Positions 24,350-56,019 of a DNA stretch of 64,000 nt are shown here, one piece after another (position 1 is the stretch's first letter; every line of letters begins with the position of its first letter). The position numbers and the translations under genes are program-made. The notes under the pieces are model-generated. The model was not told the DNA's origin. It made no database searches and worked only from the letters and a program-made list of their open reading frames with translations. The stretch comes from Chrysomallon squamiferum (Eukaryota; Animalia; Mollusca), in NCBI GenBank assembly GCA_012295275.1, contig CM022668.1:682001-746000 (forward strand), in the 5' to 3' direction.

Positions 24350-26559
24350 TAGGAAAGAAGTAAGTAAAACACCAGATCCTCTAGGTAATTGCCTATCAGT
24401 TTCACTCACTTTGTATATGTTGATATATGTTTTTGTGTGTTTTTGTTTTCTTCTTCTTCTTGTTTTGGGGGGAGTTCGGATATAAATTACAATTTAGTAT
24501 TGAGAATTGTCTTTTCATAATTAGAAATAGCTAAATGACTGTTGATCTGCTTTTCAGACATAAGGACCAACTCAAAAACAAAAAGAAAGATAATTAAGTT
24601 TGGTTTAAAATTAAAAAGAGAGAGAAAAAGAACGAAAGCATTAATAGACCCGTCTATTATGCACACTGAATGCGTAACACATGCAATTAGATTTTAAAAT
24701 ACCTATGACTACAATGTTGTCTTTTTAGACTGATTCATAGAGACAAATCTATTTTAAAACCAAATACACTTTCGTTTACATTTACCCCCAATCTGGAAAA
24801 TTATCTTCAGAAAAAGGCCCTCTATTGTGTATTATTTTAAATGTAACATTCATCTGTTTAAACTGGTTCCCTCAGAATAAAACCTGGAATATTTATTGAA
24901 AATCCAGTGGAATTTTACTTGTATTTTTTAATTCGTTTTGTGAAGCCCACGTAATAAACAAGGTCGAAGTAAAACATTTTTCATTCAGCTTGTGCTAGCT
25001 TTCGTCGTTCAACCAATGAAAATTACTGTTACAAACAAGCTCTACTTAAGATGTGTACTGAAACTGCGTTCATGTCAAACCACGTAACACGTTATTTCGG
25101 GATATAGGCCACTAGGGCAGACCAATAACCCCAATAGCACAGGCCCTTCTTAATTTATAGACGTGCTCTGTTCATGTCATCTATGTAAGGGAGACAACTG
25201 GAAAATTATAATATTTTCGGTTAGTGTTATAGACAAGCAAATATAGGTTAGTGGGAGTATAACAAAAACAACTTTATTAGAAACGACGAAGTGAGAGAGA
25301 GAAAGTCTCAAAGGATAATGGTGATTAAACCTATTCCTTTTTTTAGACTGTCAGAAAATCAATAGTTAATTTAAAAACTGTATATTTTTATCTCTCATTC
25401 TTTTTTTTTTTTTTCTTTTTTTCTTCGCTATTTATTATTTCTGATATTTAAAATAACATTATAATGTCAAAAGTATTAGATTTGAACACATTTTTAATCT
25501 TTTATAAAAAAAAATCTCTCTCTATATATATATATATACACACACACAATCTTTTTTTTTTTTTTATCTGTTTTTTTTTTTTTTTTTTTTTTTGGGGCTT
25601 TTTAATTATACTATATTTTATTCTAGTCTATTTATTCTAATCTATTTAAAGTAAAATTACTTTTCTTAGACGAGGAAAGTTACTTTATTTTTGTCCTATT
25701 TTATAAGATTTTACCTATTTATTTTTCTTACCATGACGCTCACGTTAGTGCTAAATATGTATCTCATATTTGTTATTAACCGATTTCGTCTGTGTTTTAA
25801 CTTAATGTTCATTCTGTTTCTTTTCGACTTTCTTCACTTTGTCTTCTCTGATCTGAATACATTTATATCTTTTTTTCTTATTCTTATTGTTGTTTTATTA
25901 TTACATTTTATTGCTTTTGTTTATCTGTGTTCTCGTTATATTTTTTTAATTCTATATAAATTGTTCTCCTTAAATTCGTTTTCTTCATGTTTTTGTTGCG
26001 TTCTTTTCCGTAGTCTTTAGTTTTATTATTATTATTGGGTGGATTTTTTTGTTTGTTTGTTGTTAGGTTGTTGTTTTTTTGTATTTACTTTTCTTGCTAT
26101 TTCTGTTCTTGTATTTCTATTGTGTAGTTATTTTCCCCTTGTCGGGGTTGTTATTTCTATTGTTCTAATTTTTTAATTCGTTTTACTTCTTATCGTCGTT
26201 GATGTTCGAATTCTTAACTATACGTCTTGTTCTTGTTCTACATCTTCTTTTATTATTGTTGTTGTTGTTGTAAATACTGATTTTGACTATAAAGATAATG
26301 AAATATGGCACAGGACAATATAATAATGATAATAATAATAATAATAATAATATTTAGATGCCCCTGACTTCCTATGCAGTTTGACTGTTAAGTAAGTACA
26401 ACGTCAGTAGAATGACTAGTAGTGTTGTAAGCACAATTTGTTTTATACTGGTCCAAGCATAATTTGAATTGTTGTGCGGCTCAGTGTTGCATCATAAAAT
26501 CGATTTCTTTAGTTTCCTCGCTAGTATACTACTACTACGATTACAACCACTACTATATC

Positions 26560-26614
<55 letters not shown>

Positions 26615-26704
26615 AATTTTATAAAAATTGCAAGCAATATTTCATTAATCGGTTGCTAATGGTTTGTCTGTCTGGATGGCTGTCTACCTGATTATGTTTA
26701 TATT

Positions 26705-26706
<2 letters not shown>

Positions 26707-26779
<73 letters not shown>

Positions 26780-28048
26780 GTGGAGCAGCGTGATAAAACT
26801 GGACTTACTTAAAAATTAAACTGTAGTTGATCCGTTCATGCTTTTCCCGTTCCAAAATTTCCTTTACCTCTGTTTAACGTCACCCAGGCAGCGGCAGAAG
26901 CGGTTTACTATTTAATGTTACATTAACATTTTATTTATTTATGTATTTTTTTACCTTCGATTGAGCTAGCAAATATATAAATATATATCATTTTAATTCT
27001 TGCATAAAAACAAATGTATTTATAATTAATATGTATATATGTATGAGTGTATGTGTGTGTATATATTGATTTTTGTCGTAATTTATAAGTTTTATCATTG
27101 AATAATTTTTATAATGAATTTTATCATCTAGTCTTTGATAACCACTCATCACAAGGCTTTTGTTGTTTCTTTGATTAATTCTTCTCTTTCTGCTAACCAT
27201 TACTTGCTAAATGTAATGCTTTATTACATATTTAACTCTCTCTTTTTTTTAACCAAAACAAATAGCAAGGAATAAAATCAGTTAAACAATAAAATAAATC
27301 ACAAATAATCTTTAGATTTCGATTATGTAAAAATATTCATAATTTTCTCTACATGACAAATTCGCTTTTTATGTAAATGAGAATTATCTCCCTTTAGGAA
27401 ATGTCGAAGCTAGAAAGTAAAATAACGTAGTATTCAGTTGATAACATACGATACGTATAACGATTTTGTTACATGAACAATGATACGACACCATGTATTC
27501 TGTTTACTAGACTGACAAAAGCGCCGGCACGAATCCCAATGTCTGTCTGTTTCAGTGCCCACTCTTCTGTTTCCGCTACAAAAGCCTTGTGATGAGTGGT
27601 TTTCAAAGACTAGATTATGTATTTCCGAAATATATTCTGTTCTGTTTGTTGACAGCAGCTTATACATGTAATTAACATAACATAATCATTCTGTCGAATT
27701 CATTCATTCATAAAATATGTATTCAATGATAAAATTCTTATAAATTACGACAAAAATCAATATATACATACACATACACTCATACATATATACATATTAA
27801 TTATAAATACATTTGTTTTACTATGCAAGAATTAAAATGATATATATTTATATATTTGCTAGCTCAATCGAAGGTAAAAAAATACATAAATAAATAAAAT
27901 GTTAATGTAACATTAAATAGTAAACCGCTTCTGCCGCTGCCTGGGTGACGTTAAACAGAGGTAAAGGAAATTTTGGAACGGGAAAAGCATGAACGAATCA
28001 ACTACAGTTTAATTTTTAAGTAAGTCCAGTTTTATCACGCTGCTCCAC

Positions 28049-28093
<45 letters not shown>
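26707..28093. repeat. Large inverted repeat: arms ~26707-27120 and ~27700-28093, bounded by (CT)n/(AG)n
   Basis: CGTTAGTGGAGCAGCGTGATAAAACTGG... at 26775 is the reverse complement of ...CCAGTTTTATCACGCTGCTCCACTAACG ending near 28053. The arms are nearly identical over ~400 bp. Confidence 0.92.
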
Positions 28094-28117
<24 letters not shown>

Positions 28118-30249
28118 AAAGATTGTTGTTTCTTTGATTAATTCTTCTCTTTCTGCTAACCATTACTTGCTAAATGTAATGCTTTATTACATATTTAACT
28201 CTCATTTTTTGAAACCAAAACAAATAGCAAGGAATACAATCAGTTAAACAATAAAATAAATCACAAATAATCTTGATGTCATTATTTCGTAATATTTTTG
28301 TAAATACTGCAACGACAGTTAAGTAAAGATAACAGAGAGACGTTACCAAAATTAGCTGTTCACCGACAGTATCGATTTGCATGAGATATCCCAGATTTCA
28401 ATGTGATGCGCCATCTTGATACACTACATAGTATTGGTTAACATCAGAAACAACAAAAATTCCGAGTTTGTGGCATTCATTCTACCATTTATATCCAAGA
28501 CTTGAAATATTTGTTTAACAATATTTATTGTCGTAAAGGTCGATAATAAATATTATATTTTAACAGCCAGTTCAGCGAATGACGCATTTATTTCATCAGT
28601 TAACCCGTCTACCAGTAGATACTGTTTGCAATAAAGAAAACCACGTTTTAAGAACTAGAAATTTCTTAATATCAGTATTTTTATAACTATTCCTATTATT
28701 ATTTCTTAATATTAGAGATAAACAATCAAAGAAGTAAATAAATTAATAAAAATATGTAAATAAATAAATATTATTTGCGATCGATTAGTAATATTATTTA
28801 AGTATTTAAACGCTTCAAACAATAATACTAGTTCATCTGCTATACTATATTGTACTAAATTAAACTATACTATACCATACCATAATATAATATACTTGTC
28901 AGGATGACTAGTCTGAATGTACTAATACCTAAAATTTGTCTCGTCCCGTCTAAAGGATGACAGATTATAATAGCGTCACGTGACAAGTTAATAATTATCT
29001 GAGACAGCTTAAGCTACCAAATGACTATTCTGTATCCACTAGAGAACAATAACACAGACACGAATTCAGTATGGATAATTGTTTTATATATAAAAATTTA
29101 AGGATGTATATATATATGTAGTTTGCACAAATTAACCCTAAAGGGTAATATATAGTTATATAGTTAAATCGTGCGATTCGACGATAGGTTATCAAAGCAA
29201 ACAGTGTTGACAAATAATACAAAACTAATTCAGACCAGTTGGTTACTTGATCGTTCTAAATACTCTTTTTAATTATTAAAATACATTAAGTGGGTTAACC
29301 TTAAATGTACCACAGAATATCATCATAAAAATTCAACAGTAATAGATTTAGCTATCTTAAATTATTCAATATGTATGTTACATATACAAAACATTAAAAC
29401 ATATTTACCATTGTCTGCGTTTTCCTTTGTCTTGTACAGACGGCGCACAGACAAAGACTCTCAAGAAGGGCACCGATCAAAGAGATCCCGTTCAAAACGC
29501 GTGCCGCTACTCATATACCGATCGCTCGGGTGTTCAGTCTACACCTCTGCAGACAGCCTTTCTGAATTTACTTTGCAACTTTTAATGCCAATTTTGAGTT
29601 TGTTAAACCTCAGTGTTTCCTAGTTTATTAAATAACGAAATTTCCCCTAATTATATAATACAGCTTCTAAAGAGACCTGTACATCTGCATACGCTCTGCT
29701 CTTTAGTTTTTGTGTATTTAGCCCCATTTTCTGTCATTAATTAGATAAACGGTTAAGACCTGTACAAATATAAATTATAAACAGGATTATACAAGATAGC
29801 TAAATAAATATTAACGTAATATAATAAGATATTTAAGATAACAGGTAGCAGACATTCTGCTTTACCTGGATATATAAAAATGAAGATTTTGTGAATATTC
29901 TATAATTCACTACAAAGAAAACCAAATTACAATTAAAAAGGTCTTGCAAAGAGGCACTAATGAGGTTCCATCACAATACTATACGATATTGTCTTAATGT
30001 TCTCACATAGTTTCAGCAGACATTATCTACTTTATAGGGTTTATAATCCTCCAAAATGAGATTAATTATTTATAATTTTATATACACTGTAAACCATAAT
30101 TATACACAGACCTACTTCTTGTATTTTTGGTGCCAATATAAAATTCCTTTTAACTTTGTAAGGTAAAAAAGAAATAGGTGAAAAGAAGGATTGAAAGAAA
30201 AAGAAAATCATTTTAACCAGAACATATTGACGGTTGAGCGATGCTCCAG

Positions 30250-30510
30250 CCGTGACCTCAAATCAATGTGATACATGGCAAAAGGTCAAAACAACATGTA
30301 AACAACTACTGCGCATGTCAGAACCCCCACGCGCATTAACTGGGTCACAAATAGGCCTGCATCGAGGTCACAGCGCATTGTCCTGGCTTGAGACCGTGTA
30401 GTTCCGATATATCAGCGTGTTAAAAGCGTGTTGATCTGGTCTGAAATAATGGCTCATGCAGGAGGACGATTACACGTGTTGGCATAAACAAGTGTTGAGA
30501 GGGTCAGAGA
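30250..30510. promoter_or_regulatory. Putative distal enhancer of E75: RORE, several RGGTCA half-sites and an E-box
   Basis: TAACTGGGTCA at 30337-30347; further AGGTCA/GGGTCA/TGACCT half-sites at ~30253, 30283, 30365 and 30501; CACGTG at 30473-30478. The stretch is locally GC/CpG-richer than its flanks. Confidence 0.5.
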
Positions 30511-31498
30511 ATGACTTAATTATTTCAGAGTAAACAGTCATTAGCCCAGTGAAACTGCAAATCAGACACACACAGACTGACTGAGACACATGTACGAACG
30601 TATCAACACTCACCCTCAGAATTTCACGCAGATATACATTTATCAGCAACCAGTCCTCACTGATTGTCTGTGTCTTTACCACAGCACACGCGCCCCCACA
30701 TGCATGCATACACCCACGTAAATTATAGATAGATAGATAAATAGAGTATATGTAGATCCACACACAAATACATGCATGTGTGTGCATGTGTGTAAAATAC
30801 ATAAACGATCACGAAAACATACGTTGATACGAACGTACAAACATACAAACATATACATATAACGTACGCACGTACGTACATACAAACATGCATCTGTTAC
30901 TAATTATTATGATTAAATACTAGTTTTTCAATGTCTTCATTATTTGTAAAGGATTTAATATTGATTAATTAATATGCAGCTAATTATCTTAATTTATATT
31001 ATTTATTTATTTATTAAATTTTATTTTGTAATATAAATCTATATCAATCAATTATCTATGTATGTATGTATGTATGTATACGTATAAAATTATTTAACTT
31101 CTGTTCTCATAAAGTCTCTTTTTATCTCGTTGATTCAGCCATCTACTGCCATCAGTTCGCAATATGCACATGCGTACTGGTCATCGGTAAGTTCAACAAG
31201 GGGCCAACAGCTTTTGTGCTTCGGATACGCTTGGGTATGAAAGATTTTATTTTAATAAATAAATACTTAACATCTCAGTGAAATTCTAAAAATATCAGCA
31301 GAAGTACGCACTTACTGAAACACACCAGTAATTACACTTTACTTCTTTTGAATGCTGCATAATTTATTATTATTGTGCTTCTTGTTGTTTTACTGCCGCT
31401 ACTACTATTATTACTATTTACTATTAGTACTAATGTTACTATTACTACTAATACTGCTACTACTATTACTATTAACACGGTAACAACCACCACAACTA

Positions 31499-31535
<37 letters not shown>

Positions 31536-32458
31536 TTAAATTAATATTTTTATAATTATGTTTATACCGATTTGTACATATGGCTGTATTGTTTTTACCT
31601 TTTACATTTTGGGTGATGGGACATGTCGCGATCTTACAAACTTTCAGTGATAATCTAAGAAAATATGCCCCATTCACTCATTCCTATTTTTATTTTATGT
31701 TTTTTCTTTTTATTTTATTATTATTTTTTTTAATTTTATTTTTAATTTATTTATTAATAGTATTAGTATTATTTATTTATTTATTTATTTATTTACTTAT
31801 TTATTAACTATGTGGGTTTCTTTTCTTTTTTTTTTTTTTTTTTTTTTTTTTTTCTTCTTGTTTATATAGTTATTTATTTATTTTCGAATTCCGATCTTAT
31901 TGTGGAACCAGTTTCCCTTTCTGTTCCTCGTGAGTTCAAGGACGTAAACATGGACACTGGACATCAAAACAACTTGATACGGGCGCAGTTTAGCTGGAAA
32001 CTGTACCACGGCTCATGAATATTAATTAGGCCACGTCACTATTGGTGTGGCAGTGGTGTTGATGAACACGGATTTAAAGAGGTCAGCTTAGGCAGTCGTG
32101 TACAACTGTATCGTTGATTTACTCTCTCTACGTGCACTGAACTTATCAACTATATTTTTTAGGTACAAATACCAATTTTATTCGAAACTGTTTTGTCGAG
32201 ACAATAAAGACATGTTACCTTCACAAATTAGAAATCATTATTTTACTCGTATGCATTCATGTATTTATGTATGTATGTATGTATGTATGTATGTATGCAA
32301 GTTTGTATGATGTATATTTGTATGTATGTAAAGATACATCTACAAACGCATAAATATACACATTCATACAGATGAAAGACAAATCTATACATGTAATTTT
32401 GAATGTATTGATTCCTCCCACTGCAGTAGATAAGCAATGTCAAACATTATTACGACAA

Positions 32459-32592
32459 GTGGCAACCCGTGACGTCATTTATTGTTAACCGGACAGGTGT
32501 TGGTAACTGTATGATGTTAACGAGTATAAAAGGGAATCGTTCTGTCGTGAATTCAAACAGGAATTTTCCATAGTTTAGATGATCAGGTAATT
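32459..32592 (+). promoter_or_regulatory. Candidate upstream TATA promoter with a short non-coding first exon
   Basis: CRE TGACGTCA at 32470-32477, TATAAAA at 32525-32531, donor CAG|GTAATT at 32586/32587. Confidence 0.4.
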
Positions 32593-32887
32593 GTGGTTAA
32601 ATATAGTTCATTTGAATATCATCGATAATAAGGTAAAAACTTCATTTTCCTGAGAGGCATGACAGATAGACAGACACCAACATGTGTATGTTTAAATAAA
32701 TAAATATAGTACAGATAAATAGATATAGATAAATAGAAAAGAATAGATGGAAATGAAGAAAAAAAATAACGTAGATAAGTTGACAGCAGAGAGAGGGGAT
32801 GGATGGATAGAAGATAGACAGGCAGACATACACAGACAGACAGACATATAGATAGATGGGTAGTTACACAGAGAGATAAACAGAATG

Positions 32888-32934
<47 letters not shown>

Positions 32935-35900
32935 TCACGCTTGTTATAGTAGTTCTTGATTTAAAGTTATGGTGTGATAAGACGTATGATCAATAAAAAC
33001 GAAAGTGTAATAATGAACAATATCCCCGTCCAACCCATTTCTGTTAAATATTAATTTATAGAACATTCCAACAATGTGCACTGTAATTTTTTTCATTTCT
33101 CTGCCTACTTACATACGGGTACCTGCAGTCAGAGAACGATGCGATTGCGGTCAATCAAAGTGTTGTTGTGGCCGAATTACAGAATGACCGGTGCTGACCT
33201 GCGCCAGTTTAACTTGTTGAAGAGAGAGCGCGGACTGACGGATGCCGTGACTTACATAACTGTGTGACAAAGCGAAGTACTGACTGAGTTAAGCTGTTTA
33301 TTCTTGTCATCTCTGCTTTGTCTTATCATTTCAGTGTGAGGGGGTGTCTCATATACAGCCATCTTCTTTATTACAATTCATTATCACGAAAATATGTTTT
33401 TATTTAAAATATGTAAATAACAAAAAAACAATAACACACCAAAAAACACTCAAACACACACATATATATATATATATATATGTATGTGCGTGTGTGTATT
33501 TATATTTCTATATGAGATAAAACGTTTTCTTATATCCTGTTGCATTAAAGTATAATCTATGGTGATACGAGGAAATGGTCTAATAAAGCTATTTATGCTT
33601 TTTATTTTTATTTTCGGCGACCTGCCATTATTTATTTATTTATTCATTTATTTAATTATTGTTGATTTTTTTAACCACATTTGTACGAGAAACTTGTTGC
33701 TGTAAAAGTTGGCTTTTATGTGTTCTCTTAACAATGCTCTTGAGTTAAAACTTCCATGAAAATAAACTTTTATAGCTTCCTGTATATAGATGTAAGGAAA
33801 AATATTAGGTTTGTCTTGTACATTTATGCTTTTAAAGTGTCAATTATCCGTCATTATCTTAGTCAAAATAATTTCTGTTAATGAGCGCGTTTATTAATAT
33901 GCTAATATAAATTAAAAAAATTAGATTATTGTTACTTATACAAATACCCTTAATCATACATTATAACTAAACACTTCTACACTGTTACTATTTTCCTGAC
34001 AAGTGAAGAGACATAGATTTACTTAATCCGTGTACACGATGACGTCGCGACTATGAATGAAATAGTTGCAACCAAAATTATTTTAGATGTTCTGTTAATT
34101 TGTTTTTAATAAGTTTAAGTTGTGGGGAAGGGGAATAATAAAATAAAACAATAACGCGGAAGATTCAAACTATATTCAAACCGTTCCTTCATATAACAAA
34201 TCAAACATAGATAATTTATGTAAACATCTGTCCTAGTTCATTTTGGTCTGTCTATTTTACCTGGTAATAAATAAATAAGAATTTGCTGTGTATGAGCCAT
34301 TTGGCCCAATGCCCTAGCACGACCTGTCCTTGCTTTCGTTCCAGTCCGCCTCGTGCTGTTTGGCGGACAGTTAGTTGTAGTCCTCGGAAAACGTCGTTTG
34401 AATGAAATCAGCGTAGTGAAACAAACACGTTAGACCTAACACTGTTAGCACTTCTTGGTGTCCTGAACTATGTTTTTTTTTTGTTTTCTGATATTGTTGT
34501 CCACGTTGTTAACCACGTTGGGCAAAAGAAAATTATTTCTGGTTTTTTTGCATTGCTGATAATTTAATAAAACAATAAGAATTTTTCTACTCACATATAT
34601 ACGCGTAGATAGCAATAGGCGTCCATGCATTCTTTATGCAGGCCTGTACGCAGAACTTTATTTAGAGAGGTATAAGTTGTTAGCAGGGTTCCACCAATGA
34701 AAATTTTTAAAAGCTAGAATGCAGAAGATGCTTTTCCTTCATTCTGGGATGTAAATTGGCAAGGGAAATAATTAAGTTGGTGTATATCAGAACGAATCAG
34801 CGGTTAAATTAACGACATTGGTTAACTACATATTATGACTTTGGACCCGCCATAACTGCAAAAACTTCATACAGGAGCGGATCTATTGTGAACTTAATAA
34901 GCTTAAACTTCAGTGCCCGTAAACCAAAAGGTTCACAGAAGCGAATTCAATTCACTTAAAACTTTTAATCCAAATCTGTCACGGTTAAATTGTTAAAAAA
35001 CGTATGATGATCTGTCCTGGATCAACCCTATGAAGACGTTGACAGTGGTTACTCAGGCCTGGTTGATGCTTGCAAAGGGCCCCAAAACAGTTCAAGTTTC
35101 ATGGCCCTAAAACTGTAGGCCCGCCACTGCCAGTCGGAAAGTTTTTAATTTTTGATTATTTTGTTTTTACACATTCTCGGGCGGACCTCGGCAGACTCTG
35201 GGGGTGCATACGCACCTCTGCCACACCCTTGCGTACTACCTCGTGCATAAGAACGAGCATCATAATAATGTGAATATTTAGTGTTTTGTTATGAGCAAAT
35301 ATTATTTAACATTTATTATTAATAGTAACGATTACTTAAATCTTTATTATTAACAAAGATTGTTTAGTTGTTTATTAGCAGCAAAGATAGCTTAGTTTCT
35401 AATTAGTAACATTTTTACTATTAACAGATAAAACAGATACATCTTAAATATACAAAATGCATAAAAAAACTATATGAAAGATGTGTGATGAACACGGCGA
35501 CATCAGCGGAAACGTTTCAGTCGACAATCTGAGATCAATACAAACATTCGAGAGAAAACCACGAGTATACGATAGTAATGTGGCTGATTGCATAAATTAA
35601 ACTCTGCCTGAACTGGAGAAATATTGATTCTTTAATGAACGAGCAGGCTGCTTTCAAATACATTGTTGACATGCTTTTAGTTAATAGAGATGCGGCGATT
35701 GCTTGATAAAATGAATTTCATTCAGTGTCGTCATTTATCGATATGTCGACATAATAAAGGACAAATCTATTTTATTGCTCTGTATGTATATTTTATGTAT
35801 GTGTAAATTTTTATATGCAGATATGTGTCCGTATATGCATATGTTATATATGTTTTTAATACATATGTATTTCTTTACAATGCCAACAATTTAATGGATA

Positions 35901-36004
35901 ATATATTATATTTATAATGGTGAAAAATTAATAAAAGTAAATGTCGGTCTGACTGTTTCTCTGCAAAACCTGATAGCTGTGTCATAGTCACCAAACGAAC
36001 AATT

Positions 36005-36083
<79 letters not shown>

Positions 36084-36399
36084 CATACTCACATACTGGT
36101 GAGCTTATACGTATAAATACATATGCACACACAGAACACTAGCAGAAAGTATATGTAGTTTCTTTTGTTGTTTTTTTTATTTTTTCGTCGGAAAGGCTCG
36201 CAGGATATTCGAACAAGCCGAATCTTTCGAATGAGGAATATCATTTAAAATAACAGAAACAACAAACTGTTTACGAGACCATCTTTTCAGAACAAGATAT
36301 ACATTTTGTCTCCATGACAACAAGAAGCTAACTGTTAGATTGCCTGACATTTGTATCTTTATTGATCTACATGTAGTAATATTCCTATTTATTTCAAAA

Positions 36400-36715
36400 T
36401 ACACATCGCAATATTCACATTCTCTTATCTGTTAAAAATACACATAGCAAAATTCACATATATCCATGTTCACTGATGTGTTAAAAAACCACATATCAAG
36501 ATCCACATTTGTCCATCGTCACTGATACGCTAAAAACACATATATCAAGATCCACATTTGTCTATGGTCACTGATATGTTAAAAATATACATATAAAGAT
36601 TCACATGTGTCTAACTTCACTAATCTGTTAAAAATATACATATAAAGATTCACATTTGTCTATGTTCACTGATGTGTTAAAAACACACATATCAAAATTC
36701 ACATTTGTCTACAAC
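36400..36715. repeat. Degenerate ~45-bp tandem repeat
   Basis: Recurring CACTGAT..GTTAAAAA..CACATAT..AAGAT.CACATTTGTC units. Confidence 0.8.
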
Positions 36716-38058
36716 TTAAATCTATATGCGATTTTATTCAGCTTCATATCTCAGATTTAAATTTTTTATTTAAGTTTTTGTGGTAAATATTTTAACGAGA
36801 TTTGTGCAATGTTATTTTCGCTGACTGCTTATGGAATTATGATTACAGTAAAATTTGCTAACAATTATATATCCTTTCCTGCCTGTTTTTCCACTGTTGT
36901 TTACAAAGAATTCCAATAAAAGTAATAAAATTTATAAATAGACATTGTTGTATAATTGTTAAAAACTGCAAATCTGTATTAATAATTTCGATGTTCTTTG
37001 AATTATACACACATATTCTAAATTAATGTGGTCTGACAGAGAAACTGAAAATTAATCTTTATTTTATTTTTAAATGTTTACTATTAAATTTGTTTCACAC
37101 CTCTCTCTCTCTCTCTCTCTCTCTCTGTAGCGAGACACGACAAACTAAGCAAGGTTTTACCCCGGATCTGCAGTATGAACTCTGTGAGTACTGTGTGTAC
37201 ACCCAATCTATTTTTAGTTGTTTACAAGTTTCTGAATGCCGCATATTTTCTTAGGTTGCCGGCCTTACATGGCAGTAACGGTACTTATGATTGGTCGAAT
37301 ATAATTGACCTACATAGGGCCTCGATCAGTGAACTAATACTTTTTATTCACAACAGAACATTATTAGTCCGTGTAATGAATTACTAATCATTCTGTACCT
37401 TTCCTTTTACCAAAGGAAAAAGAACGAATATGTTAGGATGCCTCTGATTATGTAATATGGGTACCAATTCTTTGAATAAGTTTTATAAATGAACAGCCAA
37501 TGAAAATGCGGGACCTTGCGCTCGTATGTGGGTCATAGTTTGACGAGAATGTATGTCAGTCTGTCATTCAGAGTTCACGAGAGTAGTTACAATGTCCTCT
37601 CTCCCACTCGTTCGTATCTAGTCGTCTTGTAAATATGGACCCGTCACAGCACGTTAGTTTGTTTAGACTATTCTAGCAAAGAAGAAGAAAAGAGCTGGTT
37701 GTTTCTGAAAGATCCGACAAGCAGTGGGGTTCGTTACATGGAACTGAAAGTTGAATGAGTCAGTCTAGGAGGACTATTTTACCGGACGCCGGCGCCGTGT
37801 TTCCCCCGGCTTAGCAATTGGAAACTTTTTTTCTAGAGTGGTTTTCTTTGATGAAAATTACGATTACCTAATTCAAGTGTAAACTTTAGTAGTTTACAGG
37901 ATGTTGTTTTAAATGAATTATGACTTTACAAGAAGAATTCGAACCGAAAAACGTTATGAATTGGTAAATTGGCGTCGTAGCGGAGACGAAACTTAATAGA
38001 AAACTTCCTGTTTTAAACAAGCTGAAGAACATTTCCCAGACTTGACTGCCACTTTATT

Positions 38059-54396
<16,338 letters not shown>

Positions 54397-56019
54397 AAAC
54401 TTTGCTACTTCTTTTTTGTTCTGTGAATGGGATTGAGTCTCATAGAAAAACTTATTGTGCTGCCCTCAAAACAGAGACGTAAATAAATAAAACTGATTCA
54501 AAATAATAATGTCTCTTTGCAAAGACGATAAAGTTTATTTTTAAAGTGCAATTTTTGTAATACTTTTTTGTTTTGGGGTTTTTTTTGGCTTGGAAGGTAA
54601 ATGTTTGTGAATTATTTTCACACAGAAATGTTATTTTGCATATGCAAAGAGGTAACATTATTTATTGTGCAGTGGGGTAACATTTCTTTGCAGGTGAGAT
54701 AAATTAGTGCATAATTGTGAAGTAGGTAACTGTTGAGGTTACTGTTATTATTTAAGATGGTGTAAGGATGAAAATCAAACAGAAATAATCAGAACTACAA
54801 AACTAGGAGCCAGAATAGTCCTTGCTTTACATTTAATATATTTAATTTATTTGCTTTTCTTTTCTGTGTTGTTTGAATATTGTGATGAAAGATAATATTT
54901 ACATCATTAAGCAGATAAAATTTGCTGAAATGTATCACTGTATCTATAGGAATGAGAAATCCAAATACAGCAAATGTCAAAACATGGCAACTTGATGAAC
55001 TGTCATTCAGTTTGCATTATTTATTTATTTATTTTTTATTTTTTTATTTTGAATTTTTTTTAAATTATTAATATTATTATTAGTTAAAATGGAAAAAGAT
55101 GAAAAAATATATTAAATAGTAACAAAATGTATTGATTATTAATAAAAAAAAATATTAATAATTATTTATATTAATTTAGTTCTTTTTTTTCAATGAACGA
55201 AAATAGTGTTATTTATTTAGATTCAAGCTGCCAAATGTATTGAAATTATAATATGTGTTTCTCACTTGAAATCTTATTTTATTTTATTTTATTTTATTTA
55301 TTTATTTTCTCAAAGAGATATTAATAAAAGCAATCAGAATTTTAGGTTATGTAACTTTCTTTTATAAAACATCTATAATTTGGGCAAACGGCATTAATGG
55401 TTATGCAGGTTTGCATATTTATTTGTTTGTTTGTTTGTTTGTTAAAATTTGTAGACTTTGTCAAAAGATAATGAAACATTTAAAATTGTAAAAATAAAGT
55501 TAATTATTTCATTTAAATTAAAATCTTGAATAAAGAATAAATATTTGTTGGTTTATAAAACAAGTTACAGGTATTTTCGTTGTAAAGGATTTGAGTAGGT
55601 TTAACACAATATATAAAATAAACTTGTTCATGGAACAACATTTGAATATCCAGGAGCTGATATTAGAAATAGCATTGGACCAATGTTCAGCTGTTTCTAA
55701 CAAACCATGGAGGTATGTCTGTAGAACTTTATATTATAAAATTTGTTAGTATTAAAACTACACAGACACACATAAAATAAATTAATTAATTGTTTTGATT
55801 GTAATTATGTTAATAATGTATTTTGAATGCATGGAGATGCATATATTATATGGGTGTCAGTATTTGGTGTATGTTAAAGTAAGGATGTAATGTGTATTAT
55901 TAAATATAAATGATTTGTGTTATATTGTAAGTACGTAATGTGGTAATGTATGTATGTGGTGTATGTTATGTACATATGAAGTATGTGATATGAAGAATTT
56001 TCTGTGTAATAATGTAATA

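Larger units (their letters stand above)
17259..24430. repeat. Tandem segmental duplication, copy 2 of the shared block
   Basis: Collinear with 1-6490, with local indels and exon duplications. Confidence 0.95.

Noticed and set aside
34640-35235. GC-rich fragments resembling MITE termini (CAGGAGCGGATC, GGCCCGCCACTG)
   Set aside because: No matching TIR pair or target-site duplication could be defined by eye.
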